Assembly: GCA_964458615.1 (NCBI GenBank)
Contig: CAYWJR010000003.1
Coordinates: 2,262 to 66,261, forward strand
From: an uncultured Alphaproteobacteria bacterium
GTDB taxonomy: Bacteria; Pseudomonadota; Alphaproteobacteria; SHNJ01
Length of the DNA stretch: 64,000 nt
Reading direction: 5' to 3'
Positions 47,647-57,475 of this stretch are shown one piece after another (positions within the stretch are counted from its first letter, which is position 1; the number at the start of each line of letters is the position of its first letter). The notes below the pieces were generated by a model. That model saw nothing but the letters and a program-made list of their open reading frames with translations. It was not told where the DNA came from and ran no database searches. A program made the position numbers and the translations under genes.

Positions 47647-49695
47647 TCAAAAGAACAAGAAAATGGGCGATCCGATAACGGCGTAAATGCATGCGCCGAT
47701 GCCGCAACTTATGGCTATCGGTTTGTAAGAAAACGGCAAATCGCCGGGCAGGGCGTGTTGCGATTGCGGTTTTGCGGTTAACGACCGGATTGATTGTAAA
47801 AATCCCGCCAGCGCCATAATCATCGCACCCACCCAAATCCATAAAACCAGCGGGTGATAGGACAAACGGATAATCGCATAGGATTTATCCGGCGCAACTT
47901 CGGCCAGTGCGGTGTAAACATCGCCCAAAAGATCCGGGTCGCGCGCCGCTTCGGTTGTGACGGCGCCTTGGGACGGGTACAGGCGTTTTTCGGGAAATAA
48001 ATAAAACGCGGATTGTCCGGTTTCTTCGACCAATAATTTCGCGCGCACATAGGCGTAATTATTTTCCGATCCTTCGTCGATGGATTGCAGTTCAAAACGA
48101 TAATCGCCCAATTGGTATTTTTGGCCGACGGACATTTTTTGAATATCTTCGGTCAAATACGCGGTCGATGCGATCATGCCGATCATGCAAATTCCAAGCC
48201 CCGCATGGCCAAGCGCCAATGTATGCGCGCCGAAATTCATTTGCCGCAACCGTGGCCACAACGCCAATTGTTTCGGCGCGGATTTAAACGCGCGCCGCCA
48301 ATATATCAAACTGCCGGCGATAATCCCGCATGCGATCCACATCATCGCGGCTGGGAAAAATTGAAAATGATTTTGCAAAATCAACGCCGCGGACAAAATC
48401 GCGCCCAATATCGCGCTTTGCGCCAACGGGCGCCATAAATTCGATGCGGGCGTGGCGCGATACGTCAAAAAAGGCGCGCAGATCATCAACAAAAGCAACG
48501 GGACGGATATGGGCACGAAAGTCATGGTGAAATACGGCGTGCCGACCGATAATTTTCCGCCATTATATAATTCCACAAACAACGGATATAGCGTGCCCAA
48601 AAAGACCGTAAAGCATAACACCGATAAAATCATATTGTTCAATGCAATCCCGGTTTCCCGCGACAGAAATCCGTAATCCTGTTTTGCAGGTATTGTTGCA
48701 ATCCGGCGCGCATACAAAATAAACGCCCCGCCCATGATGGCGGCGATCCCAAATAATAAAAACAGCCCGCGCCGTGGATCGTCCGCGAATGCGTGCACCG
48801 ACGTTAAAATTCCCGAACGAACCAGAAATGTGCCAATCAGACTTAGGCCGAATGTGCATAAGGAAAGCAATATTGTCGCATGCGCCAATGCCTGGCGTTT
48901 GGCGATCATCACGCTGTGCAATAACGCGGTGCATAATATCCATGGCATCAACGACGCATTTTCAACCGGATCCCAAAACCACCAACCGCCCCAACCCAAT
49001 TCATAATACGCCCAATAACTGCCCAGCGCGATGCCCAGGGTTAAAAACGACCAAACCATCGCCGCCCATCCGCGCATGGCGTGTAAAATTTCGGCGGATT
49101 TTTCCGGCTGCATCAACGCGGCGACGGCAAAACCGAACATCATCGCCGATCCGACATATCCCAGATACAAAAGCGGCGGATGGAATGCCAATCCCGGATC
49201 CTGCAAAAGCGGATTTAAATCCCGCCCGTCTTGTTCATACGGTATTTGGCGTAAAAACGGGTTGGATGCGGCAATCAGATACGCCAGAAAACAAATTGCC
49301 ACGATCATCAATGCGGTCATGACAATAAACCGGCTGCGGTGATCCAGGTTTTTTTCCAGATAACTGAACGCAAAACCGTACAACGATAAAATCCAGGACC
49401 AGAACAACACCGATCCTTCGTGATTTCCCCAGGCGCCCGCCAATTTATAAAGCCATGGTTTCATGGTATGGGAATTGGCGGCGACGTTGACGACCGTGAA
49501 ATCCGATTGCAAATAAGCCAGGATCAAACTTAGCATCGACAAGCTAAGCAACAGGAAATTGACACGCGTAAAATAAACGATCAGCCGGTAACGCGAAAGA
49601 TTTTGGGCGTATAATGGCTTCGCAGCGCAGATTATTCCGGCGGCGCAGAAAATAAACGCCAAGATGGCGGCAAAATGACCAATTTCGACGATCAT
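47647..49695 (-). CDS. ccmF: cytochrome c-type biogenesis heme lyase CcmF
   Basis: About 15 TM segments and the WGGWWFWDPVEN WWD motif. Confidence 0.9.
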   Translation of the reverse strand: MIVEIGHFAAILAFIFCAAGIICAAKPLYAQNLSRYRLIVYFTRVNFLLLSLSMLSLILAYLQSDFTVVNVAANSHTMKPWLYKLAGAWGNHEGSVLFWSWILSLYGFAFSYLEKNLDHRSRFIVMTALMIVAICFLAYLIAASNPFLRQIPYEQDGRDLNPLLQDPGLAFHPPLLYLGYVGSAMMFGFAVAALMQPEKSAEILHAMRGWAAMVWSFLTLGIALGSYWAYYELGWGGWWFWDPVENASLMPWILCTALLHSVMIAKRQALAHATILLSLCTFGLSLIGTFLVRSGILTSVHAFADDPRRGLFLLFGIAAIMGGAFILYARRIATIPAKQDYGFLSRETGIALNNMILSVLCFTVFLGTLYPLFVELYNGGKLSVGTPYFTMTFVPISVPLLLLMICAPFLTYRATPASNLWRPLAQSAILGAILSAALILQNHFQFFPAAMMWIACGIIAGSLIYWRRAFKSAPKQLALWPRLRQMNFGAHTLALGHAGLGICMIGMIASTAYLTEDIQKMSVGQKYQLGDYRFELQSIDEGSENNYAYVRAKLLVEETGQSAFYLFPEKRLYPSQGAVTTEAARDPDLLGDVYTALAEVAPDKSYAIIRLSYHPLVLWIWVGAMIMALAGFLQSIRSLTAKPQSQHALPGDLPFSYKPIAISCGIGACIYAVIGSPIFLFF

Positions 49696-49743
49696 GCCGG
49701 AATTGATAATCCAGCTTTCGATTTATGGCAAATGAATTAGCGG

Positions 49744-51036
49744 TTATTTGGGCTGAAATCCGTCTGGAAACTTGGTTCCATCGGTTTTTGCGCCTTCAAA
49801 CCGGGCGTTGTGCAAATTGCTGCCGCGCAAATCCGCGCCGCTAAGATCCGATTGCGACAAATTGGCGTCCGCCAGATTCGCGCCGGACAAATTCGCGCCC
49901 ACCATGCTGACTTTGAATAAATTCGCGCCGACCATATTGGTCGGCCAGGTGCGCCCGGTATGAATTCCATCGGGGCCTTTCAAATCGACCGGGCCCAATT
50001 GCGCGCCGTCCAAATTTGCCTGTTGTAAATCGGCGTTGGCCAGATTCACGCCTTCCATCACGGCTTTTTGCATGTTGGCTTGGCGCAAAAAGCTGTTGGA
50101 AAAATTGGTCATTACTAGGATCGAATTTTCCATATTTACATTTTGCATCACGCATTTGTCCAAATCCGCGCCGGATAAATTGGTGCCGGACAAATCCAGG
50201 CTGCTTAAATCCTCGCCGGTCAAGTTGGCGCGCGATCCTTTGGCTCCGGATTCCTTGATCCATAAAAAATGATCGTTCAATATTTGCTGGATCGACGGTT
50301 TGGCTTGTAAATTCGGGCGGGGCAGGTTGGCGCCGGTAATGTCGGCTTGCAATAAATCCAGGCCGGTCAAATTCGCTTCGTTTAAATCGGCGTGTTTAAA
50401 ACATGTGTCTTTGATTTGCGCGCCTTGCAAGTTGACTTTTATCAGCGATGCGCGGGTCAAATTCGCGCCGGATAAATTCGATCCCGATAAATTCGCGTTT
50501 TCCAAATCCGCTTCGGACAAATCGGCTTCGGACAAATTGGTTCCCGCCAATTGCGCGCCAATCAAAATAGTTTTCAGGAATTTGGCGTTTTTCAAATTGA
50601 CTTCGGCGTTCGCGCCCTTGCCGCCTTTTTTTTCATTGTCCGCCTGATACAAATCGGCGGTGGAAACATCTTCGTCCGATTTCGCCTTGCCGCTGATCAG
50701 CCGGCCGCTGCGCATATCGGCTTCGGTCATGTTGGCTTTGGTGAAATCGGCGTCCTGCAACGATGCGCCGCGCATATCGGTGCGGCATAAAATCGCCTTG
50801 GTTAAATTCGCGCCGGTCATGTTCGCGCCGTAAAAATCCGCCTCGCTTAGGTCGGATCCGGTGAAATTGCAATACCGCAAATCCGCGCCGGTGAATTGCG
50901 CCAATTTTAAATTCAAATCGACGAACGAAACACCCGACAAATTTTGGTGCGAAAAATTCGCGCGCTTGCCGCCCACCGCACCTTTTAACCAGGTTTCGTG
51001 CAAATTCAGAATTTTCATCAATTTGTCTGGGGTCAT
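49744..51036 (-). CDS. pentapeptide-repeat protein B (about 430 aa), internally duplicated
   Basis: Two blocks of A(D/N)LxX pentapeptides (GANLSGANLTRASL...), each preceded by an HxxWLxxxG helix. Start set at ATG 51036, 4 nt after the upstream stop. Confidence 0.8.
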   Translation of the reverse strand: MTPDKLMKILNLHETWLKGAVGGKRANFSHQNLSGVSFVDLNLKLAQFTGADLRYCNFTGSDLSEADFYGANMTGANLTKAILCRTDMRGASLQDADFTKANMTEADMRSGRLISGKAKSDEDVSTADLYQADNEKKGGKGANAEVNLKNAKFLKTILIGAQLAGTNLSEADLSEADLENANLSGSNLSGANLTRASLIKVNLQGAQIKDTCFKHADLNEANLTGLDLLQADITGANLPRPNLQAKPSIQQILNDHFLWIKESGAKGSRANLTGEDLSSLDLSGTNLSGADLDKCVMQNVNMENSILVMTNFSNSFLRQANMQKAVMEGVNLANADLQQANLDGAQLGPVDLKGPDGIHTGRTWPTNMVGANLFKVSMVGANLSGANLADANLSQSDLSGADLRGSNLHNARFEGAKTDGTKFPDGFQPK

Positions 51037-51040
51037 GAAA

Positions 51041-52312
51041 TCAGGCGTCCGAAAAAATGGCTTCGTTCTGGTTGGTGTTGGCGAAAACCGCCGTCGACAC
51101 GTCGCTGCCGATAAAATTGGTGTGGCGCAGATTCGATCCGGTAAAATCGGTTCCATTCAACAATGTGTTGCGGAAATTAGCGCCTTCTAAATTCGCTTCG
51201 ATCAATTGCGCGGCTTCGAGATTGGAATAGTGATTGGTGATTTTTTCGTTTCTTGATTCTTCGATCCAATCCAGATCCGCGCCGTATAAATTGGCTTTTT
51301 GCAAATTCGCTTTTTGCAAATCGACGCCGTTTAAAATCGCGCCGGTCAGATCCGCATTTTTTAAATTCGCCCAACTGAGATCCGCGAACGATAAAACGGC
51401 ATACGACAAATTCGCGGCTTCGAAATTCACGCCGGACAAATTCGCCCACATCAAATTGAAACCCGTCAAATTCGCGGATTTCAGTTCCGCGCGGCTTAGA
51501 TCGGCGCGTTGACCCAATGTTCCGCCGCTGCGGATCCATTGCAAATGCTCGCTTAACGCTTGGCGGACTTTGGACGGCAAATGCGATGTGATGGAATCGT
51601 GCATGGCGCCCATGATCGCGGCTTTGGTAAAATCGACGCCGTCGATGGTGGCGCCTTCGAAATCGGCGTAACGGAAATTGGCGCGTTCGATCGACGGGCT
51701 GGATAAATTCGCGCCTTTCAAAGACGCCAGCGATAAATTCGCATCGGTTAAAATGGTGCGGGTCAAATTCGCGCCATCCAAATTGGCGCGCGACAAATTG
51801 ACGGACGTTAAATTCGCATCGGCCAATTGCGTGCCGATCAAGGTTGCGCCCAACATCGACGATCCGGTCAAATTGGCTCCGCCGCTGTTGGGCGGATTTT
51901 TGGCCGACGATTCGATGAAATCTGCGACGGTGGCGCGGCGTTTGCCTTCGGGCGCTTCGCTTTCGGCGTCGAAAAACGATCCGCCGCGCAAATCGGCCTG
52001 TTTTAAATCCGCAAAATCCAAATTGACGCGCAACATCGATGCGCCGCGCAAATCGGCGCGGTTCATGTTGCAGTTGGATAAATCCGCGCCATCCAGTTTG
52101 GCGACGAATAAATCGGTGTAACTGAGGTTGGCGCCCGATAAATCCGCGCCGGACAAATCCGCACCGGTCAAACGCACCGATTGCAGCAAGGCGCCTTTTA
52201 GATTCATTCCGGTCAGTTTTTGTTTGGATAAATCGGCGCGTTGACCGCCAGGCAGCTTTTGCAGCCACTTGGCGTGTTTGTCTAAAATATCCTGTAATTC
52301 GGCGGTTTCCAT
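51041..52312 (-). CDS. pentapeptide-repeat protein A (about 423 aa), a paralog of B
   Basis: Same architecture (HAKWLQK... and EHLQWIRSGGTLG linkers). Start set at ATG 52312 (METAELQDILDKHAKWL). Confidence 0.8.
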   Translation of the reverse strand: METAELQDILDKHAKWLQKLPGGQRADLSKQKLTGMNLKGALLQSVRLTGADLSGADLSGANLSYTDLFVAKLDGADLSNCNMNRADLRGASMLRVNLDFADLKQADLRGGSFFDAESEAPEGKRRATVADFIESSAKNPPNSGGANLTGSSMLGATLIGTQLADANLTSVNLSRANLDGANLTRTILTDANLSLASLKGANLSSPSIERANFRYADFEGATIDGVDFTKAAIMGAMHDSITSHLPSKVRQALSEHLQWIRSGGTLGQRADLSRAELKSANLTGFNLMWANLSGVNFEAANLSYAVLSFADLSWANLKNADLTGAILNGVDLQKANLQKANLYGADLDWIEESRNEKITNHYSNLEAAQLIEANLEGANFRNTLLNGTDFTGSNLRHTNFIGSDVSTAVFANTNQNEAIFSDA

Positions 52313-52486
52313 GCGGATGAACCAGATGTTGTATCCAAACAAACTATACCACTTAAGCCGCAAAGTATATCCACATACCGGTTTGCGCGCCGGTGTTTTT
52401 GCCGCGCATGTATGATTTTATGTCGTAAAAACAACACTTTCCAATTTCGAATCCGGCGCTATATTGATTCGACATCGGAGAAATTT

Positions 52487-54040
52487 ATGACCAAATCCAA
52501 CAGCAAAAAATCCTTTTTATTAATCGTAATCGTAATCGCGGTCGGCGCGGTTTTATTTAAAAATCAGCTTATGGGAATGATTTCCGGCGGCGCGGGGGCT
52601 CCTCCGGGTGCGGCGGCGATGGGCGGGCAAATGCCGCCAATGCCTGTGGAAACGATGGTTCTGCGTAAATTGCCCATGGCTGCCGAAGTCAAGGCGGTCG
52701 GCACATTGCAAGCCGATGAATCGGTTATTTTGCGCCCGGAAATCGCTGGCCGTATCGAAACCATTCATTTCAACGAAGGCGAATCGGTCAAAAAAGGCCA
52801 GCCATTAATCACATTGGATCAAAGCCTGTATCAGGCGGAATTGCAGGAATCTTTGGCCGCGCGGGATTTGGCGCGCAAAATATACGAACGGTCCGAGGCG
52901 TTGTTTGAAAAAGGCACCGGCACCGCGAATGCCCGCGACGACAACCGTTTGAAATTGCAAGCCGCCGAGGCCAGCGTGAATCTATCCCGCGCCAGATTGG
53001 CGAAAATGCGCCTTATCGCGCCGTTCGACGGCGTTATCGGCGTGCGCGCGGTCAGTGTGGGCGATTATGTGGCGCCAGGACAGGATTTGGTCGGCGTAAC
53101 GAAATTGAATCCGTTGAAAGTCGATTTCCGCATTGCCGAAACATATTTGAACAATGTCCGCACCGGCCAGTCGATCAATTTGACATCGGCTTCGCAACCG
53201 GGTGAAAAATTCCCGGCGGAAATTTACGCCATCGATCCGCAAATCGATGTCAGCACGCGCAGCGTTGTATTGCGCGCCTATGTTCCAAACCCGAATCAAG
53301 TGTTGCGCCCCGGCGCGTTTGCGCAAATCACCATTCCGCTGGGCGATCAATTGACCGCGTTGATGGTGCCGGAACAATCCATCACCCCAACCGGCGGCAG
53401 CCAGTTCGTATATAAGGTCGTCGATGGCAAGGCGGTTACGGCGGACATTAAAACCGGATTCCGCGATAATGGGATGGTGCAAGTAACCGAAGGTTTGGCC
53501 GAAGGCGATATGATCGTCGTTGCGGGACAAATGAAAATACGCGATGGCGCGGCGGTTGCGCCAATGCCGTCGCAACAACCAATACAACAACAAGAGCAAC
53601 AACAACCTGCTCCGGCCGCTTCACCGGTGGAACATGCGCCGGCCGCTGAGGAACAATCCGTGATTGATCCAGACATGGCGGATGACGATATGGCGCAACA
53701 TGAAGCCGCGCCAATCGAAAACCCGCCTGTTGCGAAACCATCCGCGCCTGTAAAAAAGCCGGTTGCGAAAAAAACGAAACCCGCGCAACATTCCGCCCCA
53801 TCGCACACAGATCCAATCGATTCGGCCGTTCACGGTGATGCGGCGCATGGAAACGCAGCGCAAGAAAAAGCGCCAGAAAAATCATCTGCGCCAGTTGTGC
53901 CGCATGATTCCGGCACGGTCGATCATGCCGCGCCGTCTTCGCCATCCGCAAACGCGCCTGATTTGGCGGCTCCTCAACCCGATCCGGTAAAACCGCCACC
54001 TGTGTTGTTCGAAGAAGATCCGGCGCCGGCAAAAAATTAA
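52487..54040 (+). CDS. RND efflux periplasmic adaptor (membrane fusion protein) with a 170-aa Pro/Ala/Gln-rich C-terminal extension
   Basis: GGAGA Shine-Dalgarno. N-terminal anchor, then biotinyl-lipoyl and beta-barrel MFP motifs. The tail QQPIQQQEQQQPAPAASPVEHAPAAEE...PPPVLFEEDPAPAKN is low complexity. Confidence 0.85.
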   Translation: MTKSNSKKSFLLIVIVIAVGAVLFKNQLMGMISGGAGAPPGAAAMGGQMPPMPVETMVLRKLPMAAEVKAVGTLQADESVILRPEIAGRIETIHFNEGESVKKGQPLITLDQSLYQAELQESLAARDLARKIYERSEALFEKGTGTANARDDNRLKLQAAEASVNLSRARLAKMRLIAPFDGVIGVRAVSVGDYVAPGQDLVGVTKLNPLKVDFRIAETYLNNVRTGQSINLTSASQPGEKFPAEIYAIDPQIDVSTRSVVLRAYVPNPNQVLRPGAFAQITIPLGDQLTALMVPEQSITPTGGSQFVYKVVDGKAVTADIKTGFRDNGMVQVTEGLAEGDMIVVAGQMKIRDGAAVAPMPSQQPIQQQEQQQPAPAASPVEHAPAAEEQSVIDPDMADDDMAQHEAAPIENPPVAKPSAPVKKPVAKKTKPAQHSAPSHTDPIDSAVHGDAAHGNAAQEKAPEKSSAPVVPHDSGTVDHAAPSSPSANAPDLAAPQPDPVKPPPVLFEEDPAPAKN

Positions 54041-54062
54041 CTTAAACTGACAGAGAGTCGAT

Positions 54063-57000
54063 ATGCAATTTACCAACGTGATGATTAAACGGCCGGTGTT
54101 TACAACGGTCGTCAATCTTTTGGTCGTTTTGATCGGATTGATGGCTTATGACCGTTTAAGCATCCGCGAATACCCGAACATCGATGAACCGATCATCACG
54201 GTCGATGCGAAATATCCTGGCGCCAGCGCCGAAATTATGGAAAGCCGCGTCACGCAAATTATCGAAGAATCGGTCGCCGGTATCGAAGGGATCGAGGTTA
54301 TGTCGTCGATCAGCCGTTCGGAAAACAGCCAGATCACCATCCGGTTCCGCATCGACCGCGATGTCGATGCCGCCGCAAACGACGTGCGCGACCGTGTGGC
54401 GCGTGTGCAGGGCGTTTTACCCGAAGAAGTCGAAGATATCAGCATTGCCAAGGTCGAAGCCGACGCGCAGCCGATTATCTATTTGGCGTTTTCCAGCGAC
54501 CGGCACTCGCCGCTGGAAGTAACCGACATCGCCGACCGTTTCGTCAAAGACCGATTGCAAAATCTAAGCGGCGTTTCGGGCGTGCGGATTTTCGGCGAAC
54601 GCCGGTTCGCGATGCGAATCTGGTTGGACCGGTTGAAATTGGCGGCGTATAATTTGACCCCGCAAGATGTTTTGTTGGCATTGCGCAATCAAAACGTGGA
54701 ATTGCCCGCTGGCCGAATCGAAAGTTTGAAACGCGAATTCACCGTTCAGGCGACCACCGATTTGCGGACATCCGAACAGTTCGACAATTTAATTATCAAA
54801 CAGGGCGCCAATTATCTGGTTCGGTTAAAAGACATTGGCCGCGCGCAATTGGATGCCGAAAGCACGCGTGTGAACGCGCGGTTTAATGGCAAACCCGCCG
54901 TGGCATTGGGCGTGATCAAGCAATCGACCGCAAACCCGTTGGAAGTTTCCAAAGAAGTCCAACAAGTCATTCCAGAAATCGTCAAGGTTTTGCCCGAAGG
55001 AATGGATGTCAAAGTCGCTTATGATTCGTCGATTTTTATCGACCGTTCGATCCGTGAAGTTTTTAAAACGATTATCGAAGCCGTTGTGTTGGTTGCGTTC
55101 GTGATTTTCTTTTTCCTGCGGTCCATCCGGTCGTCGATCATCCCGTTGATTACCATACCTGTGTCCATGATCGGGGCGTTTGCGATTATGCTGGCGCTGG
55201 GTTTCAGTATCAACACGCTGACATTGTTGGCGTTCGTTTTGGCGGTCGGGCTTGTGGTCGACGATGCGATCGTGGTTTTGGAAAATATTTACCGTTATAT
55301 CGAAGAAGGCATGGAGCCGGTCGCGGCCGCGTTGCGCGGCGCCAAGGAAATCGGTTTTGCGGTTTTGGCCATGACCATCACATTGGCGGCGGTGTATGTG
55401 CCGATCGGTTTGATGACCGGCCGTACCGGCCGTTTATTTACCGAATTCGCCTGGAGTCTTGCGGGCGCGGTTTTGGTGTCGGGTTTTGTGGCATTGACGT
55501 TATCACCAATGATGTGTTCGCGCATTTTGCGCCATGAACATAATCCAGGACCGGTCAGCCGCAGAATCTCGCAGTTTTTGGACGGATTGAACGATGGGTA
55601 TAAATCCGCGCTGGAGAAAATCATCGACAAAAAAATGGTGATTATCGCCTTGGTCGCGGCCGTTTTGGCGGCGGCCGGTTTGTTATTAAAAGTCATTCCG
55701 TCGGAATTGTCGCCAACCGAAGATCGCGGCGTTTTGATCGGCGTCGGCGTTGCGCCCGAAGGATCGACCATCGATTACACCGATAAATACGCGCGCGCGT
55801 TGGAATCGATTTATGGATCCAATCCCAATATCGAAAAATATTTCATGATCGTCGGTTTCCCAACCGTCAGCAATTTGATTTCGTTCATCCGTTTGTATGA
55901 TTGGGACGACCGCACCATAAAACCGGCCGAATTGGCCGGGCAATTGATGGGACCGATGTTCGGCGTTCCCGGCATTCTGGCGTTTCCGGTCAGCCCGCCT
56001 TCGCTGGGCGCAAGTCCGCGCTCGCAGCCGATTGAATTTGTAATTCAATCGTCGCAAAGTTACGAAGAATTGCAGGAACTGGTCGATAAAATACTCGCCG
56101 ATGCGCGCGCCAATTTTCCAGGCCTACAAAATTTGGACACCGATTTAAAATTGAACAAACCGGAATTAAAGGTCGATATGAACCGCGACAAAGCGGCATT
56201 GATGGGGATTGCGGTCGAAGAAATCGGACGTACGCTGGAAACCATGCTGGGCGGAAGCCAGGTCACGCGGTTTAAACGCGACGGCAAACAATACGACGTT
56301 ATCGTCCAAGTCGCCGATGCCGACCGCCGCAATCCGCAGGATATGGATTCCATATATGTGCGCGCGGCGAACGGCGAAATGGTGCCTTTGTCGAATTTGC
56401 TTACTATCCGCGAAAGCATCGCGCCAAAAGAATTGAACCGGTTCAACAAATTGCGCGCCGCGAAAATCACCGCGACATTGGCGCCGGGCGTAACGATGGG
56501 CCAGGCATTGACGTTCCTGGAACAATCGGCGAAAAAAATATTGCCGCCATCCGCGCAATACGACATGGATGGGCAAAGCCGGGAATTCAAACAATCTTCC
56601 AGCGGTCTTTATATAACCTTCCTATTGGCGTTGGCGTTCATTTACCTGGTTCTGGCGGCGCAATTTGAAAGTTTCCGCGATCCATTGATGATTATGTTGA
56701 CGGTGCCGTTATCCATCACCGGCGCTTTGTTGACGGTATATTGGACGGGGGGAACCATTAACGTTTACAGCCAAATCGGGCTTGTCACATTAATCGGGCT
56801 TATCACCAAACACGGTATTTTGATCGTCGAATTCGCCAATCAAAAACAAGCCGATGGAAAATCGGTGCGGGAATCGATCATCGAATCCGCCATCCAAAGG
56901 TTGCGGCCGATTTTGATGACGACCGGGGCTATGGTTTTGGGGGCTGTGCCGTTGGCTTTGTCCGATGGGGCAGGCGCCGAAAGCCGCGCGGCAATCGGTT

Positions 57001-57137
57001 GGGTTATCGTTGGGGGCATGTTGTTCGGCACATTATTTACCCTGTTCGTCGTGCCGACCATTTACAACGCCTTTGCCAAAATCCACGTGCTGGAAAAAAT
57101 TGATACCGATTCCACGGCCAATACCAAGGGGCATTAG
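54063..57137 (+). CDS. RND multidrug efflux transporter permease (AcrB/AcrD family)
   Basis: 1024 aa, 12 TM segments and two large periplasmic loops. Conserved TM4 region VVDDAIVVLENI. Confidence 0.9.
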   Translation: MQFTNVMIKRPVFTTVVNLLVVLIGLMAYDRLSIREYPNIDEPIITVDAKYPGASAEIMESRVTQIIEESVAGIEGIEVMSSISRSENSQITIRFRIDRDVDAAANDVRDRVARVQGVLPEEVEDISIAKVEADAQPIIYLAFSSDRHSPLEVTDIADRFVKDRLQNLSGVSGVRIFGERRFAMRIWLDRLKLAAYNLTPQDVLLALRNQNVELPAGRIESLKREFTVQATTDLRTSEQFDNLIIKQGANYLVRLKDIGRAQLDAESTRVNARFNGKPAVALGVIKQSTANPLEVSKEVQQVIPEIVKVLPEGMDVKVAYDSSIFIDRSIREVFKTIIEAVVLVAFVIFFFLRSIRSSIIPLITIPVSMIGAFAIMLALGFSINTLTLLAFVLAVGLVVDDAIVVLENIYRYIEEGMEPVAAALRGAKEIGFAVLAMTITLAAVYVPIGLMTGRTGRLFTEFAWSLAGAVLVSGFVALTLSPMMCSRILRHEHNPGPVSRRISQFLDGLNDGYKSALEKIIDKKMVIIALVAAVLAAAGLLLKVIPSELSPTEDRGVLIGVGVAPEGSTIDYTDKYARALESIYGSNPNIEKYFMIVGFPTVSNLISFIRLYDWDDRTIKPAELAGQLMGPMFGVPGILAFPVSPPSLGASPRSQPIEFVIQSSQSYEELQELVDKILADARANFPGLQNLDTDLKLNKPELKVDMNRDKAALMGIAVEEIGRTLETMLGGSQVTRFKRDGKQYDVIVQVADADRRNPQDMDSIYVRAANGEMVPLSNLLTIRESIAPKELNRFNKLRAAKITATLAPGVTMGQALTFLEQSAKKILPPSAQYDMDGQSREFKQSSSGLYITFLLALAFIYLVLAAQFESFRDPLMIMLTVPLSITGALLTVYWTGGTINVYSQIGLVTLIGLITKHGILIVEFANQKQADGKSVRESIIESAIQRLRPILMTTGAMVLGAVPLALSDGAGAESRAAIGWVIVGGMLFGTLFTLFVVPTIYNAFAKIHVLEKIDTDSTANTKGH

Positions 57138-57232
57138 CCACATTTTCCAAGGATTTAGCGGCTGTTTGGGGATATTTCTTGATTGCTTTGATAAACGCCC
57201 ATAATCTAAGGTGGTATCAAAGGATTGAGCAT

Positions 57233-57475
57233 ATGGCATCGACGGCTAAAGATCTGGAAAAATTGAATTTCGAGCAGGCTATGGACGAACTTGAAAAAAT
57301 CGTCGGCAAGCTTGAGGCGGGCAATGCCAAACTCGAAGATGCTATCGGCGATTACGAACGCGGCGCGATGTTGAAAAAACGCGCCGAAGCGTTGTTGCAA
57401 GAAGCCGAAGTCCGCGTACAAAAAATCGTGGCCGGGAAATCCGGCGAAATAAGCACCGAACCATTGGATCAATAA
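57233..57475 (+). CDS. xseB: exodeoxyribonuclease VII small subunit
   Basis: AAGGATTGA Shine-Dalgarno. LNFEQAMDELEKIVGKLEAG motif. TAATG overlap with ispA. Confidence 0.8.
   Translation: MASTAKDLEKLNFEQAMDELEKIVGKLEAGNAKLEDAIGDYERGAMLKKRAEALLQEAEVRVQKIVAGKSGEISTEPLDQ

Noticed and set aside
51177-52268. 363-aa Arg-rich minus-strand ORF (…RRFAKSEFAKSQF…)
   Set aside because: Alternate frame of the pentapeptide-repeat gene. The periodic DNA keeps several frames open, and only the A(D/N)LxX frame gives a sensible protein.
53448-54032. 194-aa minus-strand ORF
   Set aside because: Antisense to the GC-rich Pro/Ala tail of the membrane-fusion protein gene.
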